In this document: one piece after another, positions 1-15,294 of the stretch | Position numbering within the stretch: position 1 is the stretch's first letter | Layout: each line of letters starts with the position of its first letter | Source: Octopus sinensis | Taxonomy: Eukaryota | Assembly (NCBI RefSeq): GCF_006345805.1 | Contig: NC_043012.1 | Span: 37,386,001 to 37,450,000 of the forward strand | Length of the DNA stretch: 64,000 bases | Direction of reading: 5' to 3' | The notes under the pieces: generated by a model | What the model saw: only the letters and a program-made list of their open reading frames with translations | What the model was told of the DNA's origin: nothing | Databases searched by the model: none | Made by a program: the position numbers and the translations under genes

Positions 1-14
1 ATATATATATACAT

Positions 15-64
<50 letters not shown>

Positions 65-2336
65 TATATATATATATATATAACATATATATATATATAT
101 ATATATATATACACTTTGTTTTGAAGTGTTATATACTATGCTTAGCAAACCAATTTAGACCTCTATACATACATTATAGTACACTCCTGTGTATACATTC
201 GTAATATGCATAGTGTTTATATAGCCATACTGGACTATATCACTTGGAATGTATTGAATGGAATGTATATAAAGCAGGTTTACCATAGAAATGATAAATT
301 TTTCTATGGTGTACATTGGTATATACATATATACATACACACATTCACTCTTACAGTTATACACACACACGTGTATATGTGTATACACACATGCACACAC
401 ACACACATATATATATATATGCATATATATACACACACATAATGTCTTAGAGAATGTGAAATTCTTTAAAAAGAAAAACACTCATTCCATCCCATAAGAA
501 AAAGATTTAATGATTTAATTTTTAAAAAAATAATTAAATAATGATTGGATGGTGTAATTGTTATATTTAAAATTTGTAAGGCTGGGAAATAATTTGAAAA
601 TCTCTGAATCCACTTGTTCTCTAGAAAGAAAGAGTTGATAAAGAACGTAGTTCCAAAACTTCAAGAAGCCATCATCAACTTTGTGGTGGTCCATGTGTTA
701 TTGTTCTTCATGTTGTTCAAGAAATAACCTACCCATCACTCTTTGTGTCGTTCTCTCCCCAGCTCCCCCCCCCCTCCATTTGCCTACTTCTGTTGGCTGT
801 GTGATATTAAATGTCAGAAAGGTTGTGTGTCCCGCATTCTCTCTCAACGAGATTGTAACCATGTTTCAATGCCTTGTTTTTTTTGTTTTATTACTATTAT
901 CATTATCATCATTATTATTATTATTATTATTATCATTTCCCCCCTCCCTTCTAACATCATCATCATTTTAACTAATTATCTATGTCTAATCTGCATTTAA
1001 TCATTTTTTAAAAATCATACGATTAACGAACATATAAACACAATACAAACACAAGCACAAAAAAAAAATGTACATTTCGTCTCCATTAAAATGCTGACCC
1101 CGTCTCCACCACTACATCTCCCACCCCCAATCTCATCCCATTTTCTAAGGTATTCATTTTCTGCTCCCTTTTTTCCTCCCACAAGAATCCCTTTCATTTG
1201 GTGTTTAAACATCCCATACTTACTTCATTCGGGGACACACATCTTCCCTGTATCAGAAGCAAGGTTTTTTACTTTCTTTTTTAAAATTTATTTATTTTTC
1301 TGTTGTTGTTGTTTCTTCTTCTATATCACTTTTCCTAATGAGGTTGTTACCTAATTAGTGTTAATTTAGTGTTACTTAATTAGTGTTATCGTTTTATCAG
1401 GTTGGTTGTTTGTTGTTTGTAGGGTATCATTATATAAATGTGAACTTCCCATTTCATTACCAGAATTTCTTTTTTAAACATTAAATATAATATTTGACAT
1501 CTCCCTGTATTCGAGGTCAGTAAACTGCAATATGACCTCAATAGCCAACAGACTGACCCTGTGGCCCATGAACTATCTGCTGTCTCACACACACATGCAC
1601 ACACACACACACACGTGTATATATATATATATATATATATAGGTAAAGATCCTCTTTGGTCACACATGACCAGAGGATTGGACCTAGAAAGTTACCCTCC
1701 GAGGCACAAGTCCAGGCAAGGTTGTTCATGGAAGACCAGCAGTCGCCCATGCATACCAGCCTCCCCTCTCCATGCCACCGATGTTATCCAAGAGAATGGC
1801 AATGGTCAGTAGAGCTTGGCACCGGTGACATTGCAACTCATTTCTACAGCTGAGTGAATTGGAGCAACGTGAAATAAGATGTCTTACTCAAGAATACAAC
1901 ATGCAGCCTGGTCTGGGAATCAAACTCACAACCTCATGATGGTAAGCATGACCCTCCACTGAGCCATGCACCTTCACAATATGTACATGTGTATATATAT
2001 ATATATATATATACATATGTTCCAGTATATATGTAATCCGTAATTGTTAGTCAGAGGAGAAAATATATTATTTTGTATTGCTGACAAGTTTTTTGTTAGG
2101 ACTACCTTTTTTTTTTTATTTTGGCTTAGCCAAGGTGGTTTCTGATAAGTCTTCAGCAAACTAAAATATATTCTCTGGGACTGGTGGTTATGCTTAAACA
2201 TGCTGACGGACACTCATAATTCTTATCTGGAGTTCTCTAATCTCAGTGGCCTGACCTTGTTCTTATGAAATTGTCACCCTCAAGAATATATTCCTATACA
2301 CACATAAATATATTATAAATTATATATATAATGTAT

Positions 2337-2393
<57 letters not shown>

Positions 2394-2455
2394 TATATAT
2401 ATATACACATATATATATATATATATACACATATATATATATATACACACATTAC

Positions 2456-2486
<31 letters not shown>

Positions 2487-2493
2487 CATACAC

Positions 2494-2544
<51 letters not shown>

Positions 2545-2720
2545 CACATTATACATACAGACATACATACATATTATATATATGTATATATATATATATA
2601 ATATATATATATACATACATATATACATACAGACATACATATATATGTATATATATATATATAATATATATATATTATATATATATATACATACACATAT
2701 ATACATACAGACATACATAC

Positions 2721-2753
<33 letters not shown>

Positions 2754-2823
2754 TATACATACACATATATACATACAGACATACATACATATATATAATA
2801 TACATACACATATATACATACAG

Positions 2824-2884
<61 letters not shown>

Positions 2885-5800
2885 TGCACACGTGTATATA
2901 TATATACACATAGGTGTCTCACAGATGTTTCTGTTCCACGGTCAACTGTTGGCGGTGACGCACTAAACTGTAGACTAGAAGAATTAGGTTGAACCATGTT
3001 CGACATTCAGTTTGTCCAGCTGTTGTTTGTTTACAGAGAAACTGCTGAAAAGAAGAACCATTTCCTTGTCAAGTTCTGCGTCTTGTGTTCCTCCTGTTTT
3101 TATCCACCAGGGTTCATTAGCTTCCATATGGAATCATATGTCGTAGTATTCTGGAAATATTCTAAATATTTTTAACTAAATGATAATGTGATGTTTAGTA
3201 TGAAAGTAGTAACCAAATAACCATTTCTCCTTTTTGAATTTATTTAACAAGATGGCCACAGCCTGTAGATGTTGACTCTTTCTTTGACTTCTAGGTTTCG
3301 GTGTCATTACTAGTATTTGTCAAATATTTTATATTTAACTGTCAAAGACTTCTAAAAACCCAAAATGATAATAATCATCATGGCTTGGATTTCTAACCGC
3401 GAAGTCTTAAGCTGGACATGTCAGTACAAACATTCTTTAATTAGTTTGAATTAATTGATATCCACATTAACGGAATAGATCAAATGAATGATGGTATTTA
3501 CAGCCAATAAGTTATTCCTGATGTTGTTCTGCCCAAGACGTCTGACCAATATTTCATTTGGTTTTAGCTTTATGAGAACAGCTGTTTACTTTAAAAGCAA
3601 TCTATTTCAAATTTATCCAAAAACGATGACAGCAACTGCTAAGATATTTTTTTCTATATTTGTTGAAATCTCAATTTAACACAATCCAGTATTATTTCCT
3701 CTTAGCTCTAAAATGTGATGGATTAAAAAAACAAAACAAACCAAAAAACTCTTGTTGGTTCTATTGATCTCTTTAACAATCAAATCCTATTTGTTAGCTC
3801 CACTGTGTGATTGATGAAGAACTCCTGTTGGGTCTATTGATTCTGTACTTTATTTCTAAAATATCACCATATTTGGTGCTGTGCTCTCCCAGGATGCAAT
3901 ACCAGGTGTTCTGCCTGAGACAGAAATCGTGCCAGACTAAATGAATACTTTGCAATATCTAGTTTGATCTTAGCAGGGTTCAGCTTTCATCTTGCCCCTG
4001 TTGGGTTGACAAATTATGTATGAAGCGCCACCAAGTGGTTTTTCTATTCTATAAATATTTAACTTTGTGCCAATAACAGAAATCAATATTATGAACAGAA
4101 TTTTTAATTTCTAAGTCAAACAGAATAATATTTCAAGAGTTTATGGAAGAGAGGTGGGGAAACATTTCTAGTATCTGAGGCAAATTGCCAGCACAGAAGA
4201 ACCTGTTGTGAGGTAGAATCTGTACCAAGAAATTTTACAAATAATCCATAAAAATGTAACTTATATTAAATTATATTGTTTTGGTGTTAGGGGTTAAAAC
4301 CATTTTATTTTTCATATGGGTATTTTAGAGACTTTGTCAACAAGTGGTTTACAAGAGTGAATGCAAGTGAAATTTTGTCTGTGAGTAAGGGGTTCCTCAC
4401 CCCAGAGAGTCGAATAATGGTGATGTACAATAATGACTTGTTTGGATGGTTTTAGTGCAATGATTTATTTTCTAAATTTGGTCAAAAGGTGAATAGGAAT
4501 TTGTCTTCAAGAGAAAACTGACAAACCATGTCTTTTAGGCAGTTCTGGTCACTTTCAGTGGTATTTTCTTCCTGAAATTGTATAAAACCTCTCTTCACAT
4601 ACAAAATACAAAGATGCATTCGAATCTCCAAATTTGAATTCTATGATGAATTCTTCAAATAAATTTGTAATTGGTCAGTATTTTTTTTTTTTTTAAATTA
4701 AGTGATTTGTCTTAAAAAAGTCATTCACACACTCACACACATACACACTTATGTATACACACACTCTCTGTCTCTCTCCCTCACGCACGTCCAAACTCTC
4801 AAACTACATACTCACAGAGTCTTAGTGTGTCTTCCTTATAATAATTGCAAAAATTCTCAGGCTTTAAGTCCAAAAATAGAATTATTCTATTGACCTCTTC
4901 AATACCTCATTGTCACAGCAGCAGCACCAGAATTGGACAAATTTGGGAGCTTGTAATGCTGGAATTCTTTATTAATGACACATACATTAATCATCTGTGA
5001 TTCAAGAAATGAAGAGTCTTATTATTATTATTTCTTTGGAGAGATTAAAGAACACTCTCTCCAAACAATTACACTTCTACCTATATTGTATTATCTTTAT
5101 ATCTATATGAAATTCTATGGAGTCTAAGTTATATTTAATATATATATGAGCATATATATAGATGTGTATATATATATATATATATTTGTTTTGTTTACTG
5201 TTTGTATGTCTCATTGTTACTGCTGATGTCATTATGGTGTCTGTGGAATTAAGAACTTCTTTCAGGAAGACATTCTTCCTAAACAACTAAACAATGTCTT
5301 CTCCAAGCAGAAATTAGTCTTCTGCTTACATCTAATAAAACATCTACAGGGGCAATCCTTTATTTACATAAAGGATTCCTCTATAAATACATACACACAC
5401 ACACACACATATATACATGGTCATCTAAGAATCCGTAAGTCAGAAAAGACATGCACTTGTATATTTACCAAAGAATGGTTGTATTAAAGTGTGTACTATT
5501 ATAGATCCATTATGGCAAAGCCTATCAATTGGTTTCATACTGGGTATTAAAACTGGATATTAGATAACAACATGGTTAAGTAATACCACATGCTCTTCAG
5601 AGCTGGCAGGTTTGGTAAAATATTGCAACTGCTCTCATTTATATATGTGTATATGTACTGTATCCACTTTATATCTCTGTTAGACAAGTGTTTTCACAGA
5701 CACCAAAATGGTACAACAAAAAATTCCAGTGACTGACATATTTTTATTGTTTTCACCATTCTTTTGGTTTGTATTGTGATCTTTGAAATTATTTCTTTGA

Positions 5801-7157
5801 TTAGAAATACACAATTTTTTTTTATTAATTTTTTTCCAACATTTTTTTTCCCCTTCTGAAGGAAATCTGCTGTATTTATTATTTGATAAACTCCAGATTA
5901 TTTTTTTTTTAATCAAATACAATTTCATTAAAAACTGTAAAAAATTGGCATGATTCTTCAGAGGGGCAAAAGAAAAGTGTGTTTTCCTGTTATTTGCTCA
6001 TGATTGGTTTATTTTAATTATTGAAAATAATATTGTTTAATTATTGTGTTAAACAAGCCTGTTTATTTAAGATTTATTCCTGAAATATTTCAAACCCAAG
6101 ATTTTATGATTTGTGCAATAGAAAAATCAAAATTGATTATGTTTAATATATTCTTTATTCATCTAACTCAGACAAAAATGATTCTATATCTTCAATATAC
6201 CATGACCAAAGCTATGTATATATATATATAATATATATACACTATACACGCACACACACGTGAATATAACACATGTATAACACATAAATATAGCTATTAC
6301 TATTATTTTTACAATGATATTTAATTTATTTGTCTTAAATATCCAGGTTTGCTTTTTGTTTTTCATTCTTCCTAGTTACCATCTTTGGTAACTTTACTCT
6401 GGTGATCTTCTTTGATCCATTTTGAGTCTTTCTTTTTTTTTTTTTAATTCAGAAATCCAAATTATAAGAAATCAGTTATAAAAAAATCTCAGACACTCAG
6501 TTCTGACTGGATTTTCAGATTTTGGTGAAAATATATTCCTATAGGTTTAATGATAGCCACAACGAGTCTCTCCTATAATTATTGGCCGGTCAGTGTTTTT
6601 CTAATTAATTAAAATTATTTGTCGAATTTTTTTTTTTTGGAGACATTCCAAATACAAAGTGACATTAAAAGATGAAAGAGTATTGGTTGGTCAGTTGGTA
6701 AAGAAACCAGTATTATTATTATCTATTGATGAAGACAGACTTAGCGAGTTAATGGTTAATGACAGGAATAAATGTGGATTATCAATTGGTAATTACCAAT
6801 ATAGTGTAGACTGAGAATTGTGTTCTCATGAAGATTTGATTGAACTGTGATGCGTATTGACTTTTAATCATTATAAATGTTTATTTTGTGCATTCGTATA
6901 GATACCAGTGTCCTGTCTAGAGGTATATATAAAGACCACTGTCTCATCTTGTGGTATAGTGTCCCATCACGTGGTAGAGAAGATACTTATGGAGTATAGC
7001 AGGTGTGTTATGTTACTGGAAGGGTCAAATTATTTAGTTCTCACACAGGTAAGCACACAAGTGCAATAGTTTGTGCTTGGATCTAAGAGGTGTGTGTGTG
7101 TGTGTGTATAAGTATGTATAAATTGTTTGAAGTGGTGTACAGATTTTATATTTTAAG

Positions 7158-7299
7158 AAAAAGGAGGTAGTCAGAATTTTGGATAATTATTCATCTGATA
7201 TTTTCATCTCGTTTCAGAGATTCACCAGGTATAGGAATATCTGAAATGAGACGGAAGTGCTAAGTAAATAATTATCCAAAATTCCGACTATCTCTTTTT
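7158..7299. repeat. Imperfect palindrome (~65-bp arms, 11-nt loop)
   Basis: agtcagaattttggataattatt ... aataattatccaaaattccgact, plus tctcgtttcagagattc / gaatatctgaaatgaga. Confidence 0.8.
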
Positions 7300-7555
7300 T
7301 TTTTTAATATACATAAATAGATACCTATACATATATACAGGTTGTCCATAAATTACCATTATAATTTGAAAAATTCAGAAAAAGAAAAACAAGGATTAGC
7401 CAGCAGAGTTTACTGGGAAACGTAAGCAAACAACTAAAGTTTTTATTAGTGACATCAGAACAGTTCTCATGGGCTCTCTTGGTTCTACACAACATTTTGA
7501 GTTATCTTTTTTTTTTTCTGAACTTTTCAAATTGTAAAGGTAATTTATGGACACA

Positions 7556-7594
<39 letters not shown>

Positions 7595-7913
7595 TATGCA
7601 AGTCCAATATTTTGTGTATGGATGCAATAGGTGTGTGTGTGTGTGTGTGTAGAATTTTAATAATTTAAAATAAACTACCTCTGGTAATTATCTACCTTTC
7701 TGATCCACTTCCGAGTTTCTACCTGTCATAGAATAGTTACAGTATTCTCTCTCTCTTTCTCCTTTCTCCTCCTCCTTAACTAGCCCTTGGCTCTCTAAGA
7801 TCACCTCTCTCTTTTTCTCTCTGTGGCTCTATCTTGATCAATTTCTTCCTCTGGCCCCTCTCTCAGTTAAGGACTCTGAGATCCTCTCTAGTTATCTTCT
7901 TCTACCATTGTTC

Positions 7914-7950
<37 letters not shown>

Positions 7951-9104
7951 TGTCCCCTTCTGTGGCCCTTTATATATTTTTTATTTTTTATTTTTTTGTT
8001 ATTTATTCACCCTTTTATCCTGATCCAGTTTTTACATGTTTTTCATCTTTGTGAATGAAAGTTGTTATCTTTTCTGAAACTTTTTTCGACATTAAAAAAA
8101 CAAAAACGAAAACAAAAAAAAAATAATAATAAAAACCATGTCAAATCCAAAGCGTCACAAATTGGTAAATGGTACCGACCATTTTCTAATGAGACTCCAG
8201 CCTCAATGTTTAGCGGCACAATACACAAGAATGGAAGAATTATTTTCAACCAAAGAAACATCTTCAGTCGCTGGAGGAACCCCCCCCCCACACCAAAAAA
8301 AAAAACAAACAAACAAAAAAAAAAGAAAACTCCAAAATGTCCTAAAAGTTAAAGAATTTGTTTACTGTTTTGTTTTAACTTAATTATGAAAATAGTCTAT
8401 TTAGATTTTAAATATTCCAACAGAAAAAATTTTCCAAAAAAAAAAAAAAAGAATCCAAAAACTATACCAAAAAAATCCCAAGAAATTCTATGATCATCTC
8501 AGTTTTTTTTTTCTTTTCCATAAATTTTCCAAAAATTTTGTTGTTGTTATTGTTGTTGTTTGTTGTTAATATTATTATTATTAACATAATTATTAACATT
8601 ATTATTACTACTACTACTACTACTATTACTACTACTTTTTCTTTTAATTTATTACTAAATATTTCATTCTTAATGCTGTATAGACAGTTCAGATGTGAAC
8701 TTTTGAACATTTATCTGATCAGTGAAAACGGTTTTTCATTTTTTGTGTTAAATGGTGATATATTTTTCATAATTGTACTTTCTAGATGTTTGCGATGAAT
8801 TCTTTGAAATTCTGTGTTTATTTCTTTTGGAAACTGAGTTGATCATTGTTTTACCAAAATGGCTGAGATGTTACAAGAAATATCACAAAACAATTATTAT
8901 TACTATTTCATCGTTAATTTCTGTCCATCTTTTTCATTCTTCCCCCCAACCCCCACCCATTCGCTACCTTCTCCTTTTACAAAATTATTCTCGGAGTCTA
9001 AATATTTATTATGCTTTCCATCTCCATTGGTATTTTTTAAAATTATTATTATTATTATTATTCACAGCATTTCATCCGTCTTTATAGTCCAAGTTCCACT
9101 AAGA

Positions 9105-10091
9105 TCAGCTTTGCCTTTCATCTTCTCGGCATTGATAAAATACATACCAGTTGTGCACTGGGGTTGATGTGATCTACTAGCCCCGACCCTTGAAAGTTTC
9201 AGGCTTGGTGCCTATCGTAAGAAGGATCATTATTATCCTTGTTATTATTATTATTATTATTATGAAGGCAGTGAGCTGACAGAACTGATATCATATGACA
9301 AAATGCTTAGTAGAATTTCTTCTTCTTGTCATTCTCAGTTCAAATTCCACTGTTCCACCGAGGTCACCTTGGCCTTTTCATCCTTTTAGGGTTAATACAA
9401 TAAGAACCAGTTGAGCCCTGGGTCAATATCCCTGATTTCCCCTTACTCTCAAAATTGTTAGCCTTGTGAGAAAAGGATTATTACTGAAAGGAAAAACCAT
9501 TTTTATTTCATTTTTCTTATATTTATTTATTTTTAGATGATGATGATGATAATAATAATAATAATGATAATTATTATTATTATTATTATCATCAAGAAAG
9601 TGGCCAGCTAGCAGAATCACGAGAGTGTCAAACAAAATGCTGAATGGCATTTCTCCCAGCTCTTCGTGTTCTGAGTTCAAATTCCAGTGGGGGTCAGCTT
9701 TACTGTTCATCATTTCAGGATCAAAAAAATAAACCCCGGCTGAGTGCTGGGGGTCAATATAATTGACTCGCTCCCTCCTCTAAAACTCCTGGCATTGTGC
9801 CAAAATACTGAAGCTATTACTGTTGTTATTAAAGCAATGGGCCGGTGGAATTGTTTCCATTTCGGACAAATTGTTCAGCAGAATTTCTTTGAGTTTTCTA
9901 TGTCCAGAGTTAAGATCCCACCATGATCAACATTGTCTTTCATTCTTTTGGTGGTGATGATGATGGGGGAGGGCACAGCAGTCAATAAAATATGTACCAG
10001 TTATATGCTGGAGTCCATGTAAATGACAAACCCATTCCCCTAAAAATTACTAGCTTTGTGCCAATATTTCAAATTATTATTATTATTATTA

Positions 10092-10137
<46 letters not shown>

Positions 10138-10352
10138 GGTGGTGAGCTGGCAGAATCGTTAGCACACTGACTGAAATGCTTAGTGGTATTTCATCTGCCA
10201 CTACATTCTGAGTTCAAGTTCTGCTGAGGTCGACTTTGCCTTTCATTCTCTCAGAGTTGATAAATTAAGTACCAGTTGTATACTGGGGATCAATGTAATC
10301 AGCTAGTCCCCTTCCCCCAAATTTCAGGCCTTGTGCCTCTAGTAGAAAGGGT
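9105..10352 (+). mobile_element. Tandem run of about five tRNA-derived SINE family A copies separated by (ATT)n
   Basis: Repeated ggc(a/g)gtgagctggcaga...gagttcaaattcc...tttgcctttcatcc...gtaccagttg motif with pol III A/B boxes. Confidence 0.8.
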
Positions 10353-10794
10353 TGTTATTATTATTATTATTGATGCCCAATAATAATAATCTCTCTTCAA
10401 CATTCTCAGTAAACTACCATATACAATAAGGTTAGCTTATTCCAACTTTGTTACCTTATATGCACCAATGATATTTGCCTATAGTCTACCTCTGGTATGT
10501 TAACGGTGATTATAGCAATAACCTGGGTCTCACAATGATTAATTATAAACTTAACGACTTTAGAAAACGAACCAACAAAACTGAACATGGAGAATCTTGA
10601 GAGTAAACAAAGACTGTTTTAGCTGGATTGTATGACCCTGGGGAGAAGCCAGGTCCTGGGCCTGAGACATGTTGGATCATTAAAATTGTAAAGCCCTCAG
10701 TCAAGTGCCCAGTGTGGTCCTAGATTAAAATGGGTCTGCGTGGGGACTATGATTGCCAAAGTAGGTCTTCCTCAGATGTGAGCAGGGTGATGGT

Positions 10795-10985
10795 AGGACT
10801 AAAGACATTGGTAGAATAATGACAAATGAGAAGGCCATGGGTGGAATGTCAGATGACTAATGATATTAAAGGAATTATGTCGGATGACTGAAGACATTGG
10901 TGGAATGATGCCGAATGACTAAAACTTAGAAGAATGACCTCAGGTGACTAAAGCCATTGGTGGAATAATGATTGATGACTAATAC
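10795..10985. repeat. Degenerate ~30-bp minisatellite (gactaaagacattggtggaat...)
   Basis: About six recurrences of gatgact/gactaa and ttggtggaat. Confidence 0.6.
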
Positions 10986-11566
10986 AAAACAATGATGTTA
11001 TAAGGTTTCAAAAGCCGATTGAAGTGGGGTGGACCAGGACCTTTTTATTTTCTATTCTTCATTTCCCCCTTCATCATCTCATCTGTATATTTTTTAATTT
11101 TTCACCCAATTAATTACTTCAGTTAATTATAAGCAAATATCTAATTCCAGTCATTTCATTGTCCATTCTCTTCTTCTCTCTCTCTCTCTTTTCACCATCC
11201 TTGCTCTCTATTAATTAACCAAACAATAGTAATTAAATGGTAATTAAATAGTAATTAATAATGCCAACAGCTCGGCCATTTTGGTAGTAGTTTTTTTTTT
11301 ATATTAAAAAAAAAATACATACCTCCCTCATTAAAAAAAGAACAAAACAAAAAAAACCCTGTTTATTATTGTGTTAGATTGTTTCCCTAAATCGGTGATA
11401 TCTGTTGTTGAATGGAACCAGACTTCTTTTCAGTAGTGTGTGTGTCTTGGAACGCAGTGGCGCCGGATTCTTAACAATTCCATTTCTTTTGGCAGGGAAA
11501 AAGTACGGTTATTTTTGATATGTTTCAGGTAGTTCTATGATAGATAAGAGAGTAATATATGTGTAT

Positions 11567-11613
<47 letters not shown>

Positions 11614-11728
11614 ATATAATATATATAATATATATATATGTGTATACATATCTATTATACATATATGTACAGGTATATATGTATATAAATATATACACAC
11701 ATGTATGTACAAGTACATGAATATATAC

Positions 11729-11768
<40 letters not shown>

Positions 11769-13080
11769 TAAGAATATATTTAGGATGAGCAGCAATTTTT
11801 CCATACTGTAAACCTGTCCAAACTGGCCATTAAAATTGTAATAAGACAGTGAACTGCCAGAGTTGGTGGAGCATCAGATAAAATATCATGCTGGGTTTTG
11901 AGTTCAAATCTTGCCAAGGCCAGCTTTGTCTTATATTCTTCAAGGGTCCATTAAAAAAAGTAGGAACCCAGGGCAGTTAAAGGATCATGTCTGTGGGGGA
12001 TGGTACCTTGTGGTAATTGTTCCACCCCTTTATGTTCTGACAGCAATGTCTGTGACTGCATTGGTGCCAAGATGCATCAATACAAATTGGTGGCCACATC
12101 CTTGGATGGACACCAGGAGCATGAATGGGAGAGACTTGTATATACGGACAACTGCCAGTCTTTGTCCAAGCACCTTGCTCTGACCAGCAACATCTATATG
12201 TTGAGGAAGGGTCATTGTTGACCAGAGTGGGTGCCCCCTACATCGTTCATTAATTATGCACATGATACTAATTAATTGTGCTTGATATTAACATCTGCAT
12301 AAATTTGGGTTTAAAGTATGTATTTGTTGTGGTTGTTGTTTTTGTTGTTGTTGCTGCTGCTTAGATTCTGGGGTAGGGTACATCCAAGTTTAGATGCAAA
12401 TCAACTACAGTGCCAACTAATTTACCACTTTTTGAGATTTGACCAGAGTATCCAGAGTAAGTAATGGGGTGGAGGGTAGCTGTGAAATATATACACATTG
12501 TTAACTGGTCGTTTCTTATAATTAAGACAAACTAATTGAACTAATGAGATCAGTTATTAATATAATTTCATGCTCAGATCTTCTAAGAATCTTAGTGTGT
12601 GTGTATATATATAATATATATATATTTACACACTAGATGATTTGTATGTATGTATATATGTATATGCATACATATACACACCAGATAATGTGTTTGCATG
12701 TATGTTTTATAAGAAATAGTTTATATATATATAATATATATGAGAAATAGAATGTGTATATTGTAAATGCTAGGCATAACAGGTTTGGATTAAAATTCTA
12801 AAGACAATTGAAATATTCTACAAACTCTCTCCTTTTTTCTTTCAAAGCAAAAGCTGTAAGAAAAGAAGAGGAAATGGAGGGAAGGGCTGAAAAGGGGTTT
12901 CCTTTCAATCCATTGGGAACCATTCTCAACTGCCCCGCCCCCCTCCCACTCTCATCTGAATTCTTCAGCAGTGTTTTTATTTTTTTTCCATTTTTTTTTT
13001 TCCCTTTTTAGTTACTAGGGCTTCTTAGTATCTCATCAGTTATTTAATTAGCATGGGTTAATTAGCGAACTAGGAAGAAT

Positions 13081-13111
13081 CCAGCCAATCACTGGCGTTT
13101 TCCATGACGCA
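13081..13111 (+). promoter_or_regulatory. CCAAT box and CRE-like half site in a TAAT-rich block
   Basis: cagccaatca (13083-13092) and tgacgca (13105-13111), preceded by two tttaattag motifs; motif evidence only. Confidence 0.2.
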
Positions 13112-13716
13112 TCCATGTTTTGTGCCACTCACATCTTCATCCGCATCTCTCAACACTCACCCTCACTCTCTCCCTCGCTCCTCCATCCCCCAACCCCACC
13201 ACCCCCAACCTTCACACAACCTGTCGTGGGGGTGGGGGTGACACAGGATGGGCGTAGGGTTTTTAGAAAAAAAACCCCCACAAAACACAAAACACCAACT
13301 TAATTTCCAGAACCACATTATATTTCCATCTCTCATATTGTTATAATCACAATGTGCTGACTGGAGCTGCGGTTGGTACTACTACTACAACCACTACCAC
13401 TACTACTACTACTGCCCCTCATTATTATATTCTGTGACATTTTGTGTAATGAACCTCTCCCCACCTCTTTTCACCCACCATTCCTTCTTGGTATTCCAAA
13501 GACAGGACTGTAATCACATGGACTTAACACAATCGGGCAAGCCAGACCAGATCTGGACACCACTACAAAATTTGGCCTTACAATGTTTGGTGTGTCGGTC
13601 ATTTGTAGACTGTCCCTCCAAGAAAAAAAAAAAAACCTCGGCTGCCCTGTCACTGTGTATGTTCAACTCAGGTCTATATATATATATATATAGACACACA
13701 CATATCTATATGTATA

Positions 13717-13759
<43 letters not shown>

Positions 13760-14155
13760 TTATGTAAGCCTGTATATACTTGGGTTGACATGCACTGTCT
13801 CAAGTTGTCTTTATTTCTAACGTTCACCACCACTACTACTACTATTACTACTACTACTACAACTACTACTACTACTACAACTACTTCTACAGACAACGCC
13901 CCTAACCCAGTCTTCAGCATGATTGTGATGGTGTGGAACAAACAGAACTAATAATTAACGAAGTGTTTCTCAATTAATAAACGTTGTAACTTAATTGTGT
14001 TTCTCTCGCTTTCATTATTTTTATTCATTAACTCTTATTTGTATTGTTTTCTTTTTTTTTCAGCAATTAAATTAACATCTGGGCCCAAAGACACACAGAC
14101 ATAGAAATATGTTCGTTCCATTCTTTCGTATGAATTTGTACCAACTTATAAGCAC

Positions 14156-14187
<32 letters not shown>

Positions 14188-14337
14188 ACAATCTTCTTCA
14201 GTTTGTCAAATCACCCCAGAGGGCATTTGTTGGCTTTGTGACATATATACGTGACACTTACTCCAGGTGCCATGGTCTAGGACTGAACCTGAAACCCTGG
14301 AGCTGTAAGAACTCAGCAAAGCTAAATTAATCTGTGT

Positions 14338-14349
14338 GTGTGTGTATAT

Positions 14350-14424
<75 letters not shown>

Positions 14425-15228
14425 CCTCATATATATATAATAAATATATATATATATGTATATATATATGTATATATTATGTATGCATGTATATATAATG
14501 TATGTATGTATATATATATATTATGTATCTGTAATATATATGTATATATATGTATGTATGTATATAATATATATGTATCTGTATATATATGTATGATATA
14601 TATATGTATGTATATATATATTATGTATGTATAGTATTATATATGTATGTATATATATATAATGTATGTATATATATATGTATATATAATATGTATATAT
14701 ATGAATGTATATATATATATGTATATATATGTTTATATATGTATGGATATATATGTATATATATATATGTATATCTATGTATATATAAATAATGGTATAT
14801 ATATATATATATATATTTATGTATATATATATAGATTCATATATAATGTATATATAATATATATAATATAGATATATATATGTATATATATAGATGTATA
14901 ATATAATATAGATATATATATGTATATATATAGATAGATATATATAATATATATGTATATGTATATATATATAGTATATATATGTATGTATATATATATA
15001 TGGTATGTATATAGATATATATATATAGATGATGTATGATATATATTATATGTGGATATATGTATGTATGTATGTATGTATATATATATGTGTATATAGG
15101 TAGGTATGTATATATATTATATATATATATTGTATGTATATATATATGTATGTATATATATATGTGTATGTATATATATATATGTTATATGTATTATATT
15201 GTATGTGTATATATATTATATATGTATA

Positions 15229-15294
<66 letters not shown>

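Noticed and set aside
6375-6392. GTTACC-atcttt-GGTAAC inverted X-box half-sites
   Set aside because: The six-base spacer exceeds the 0-3 nt accepted for RFX sites.
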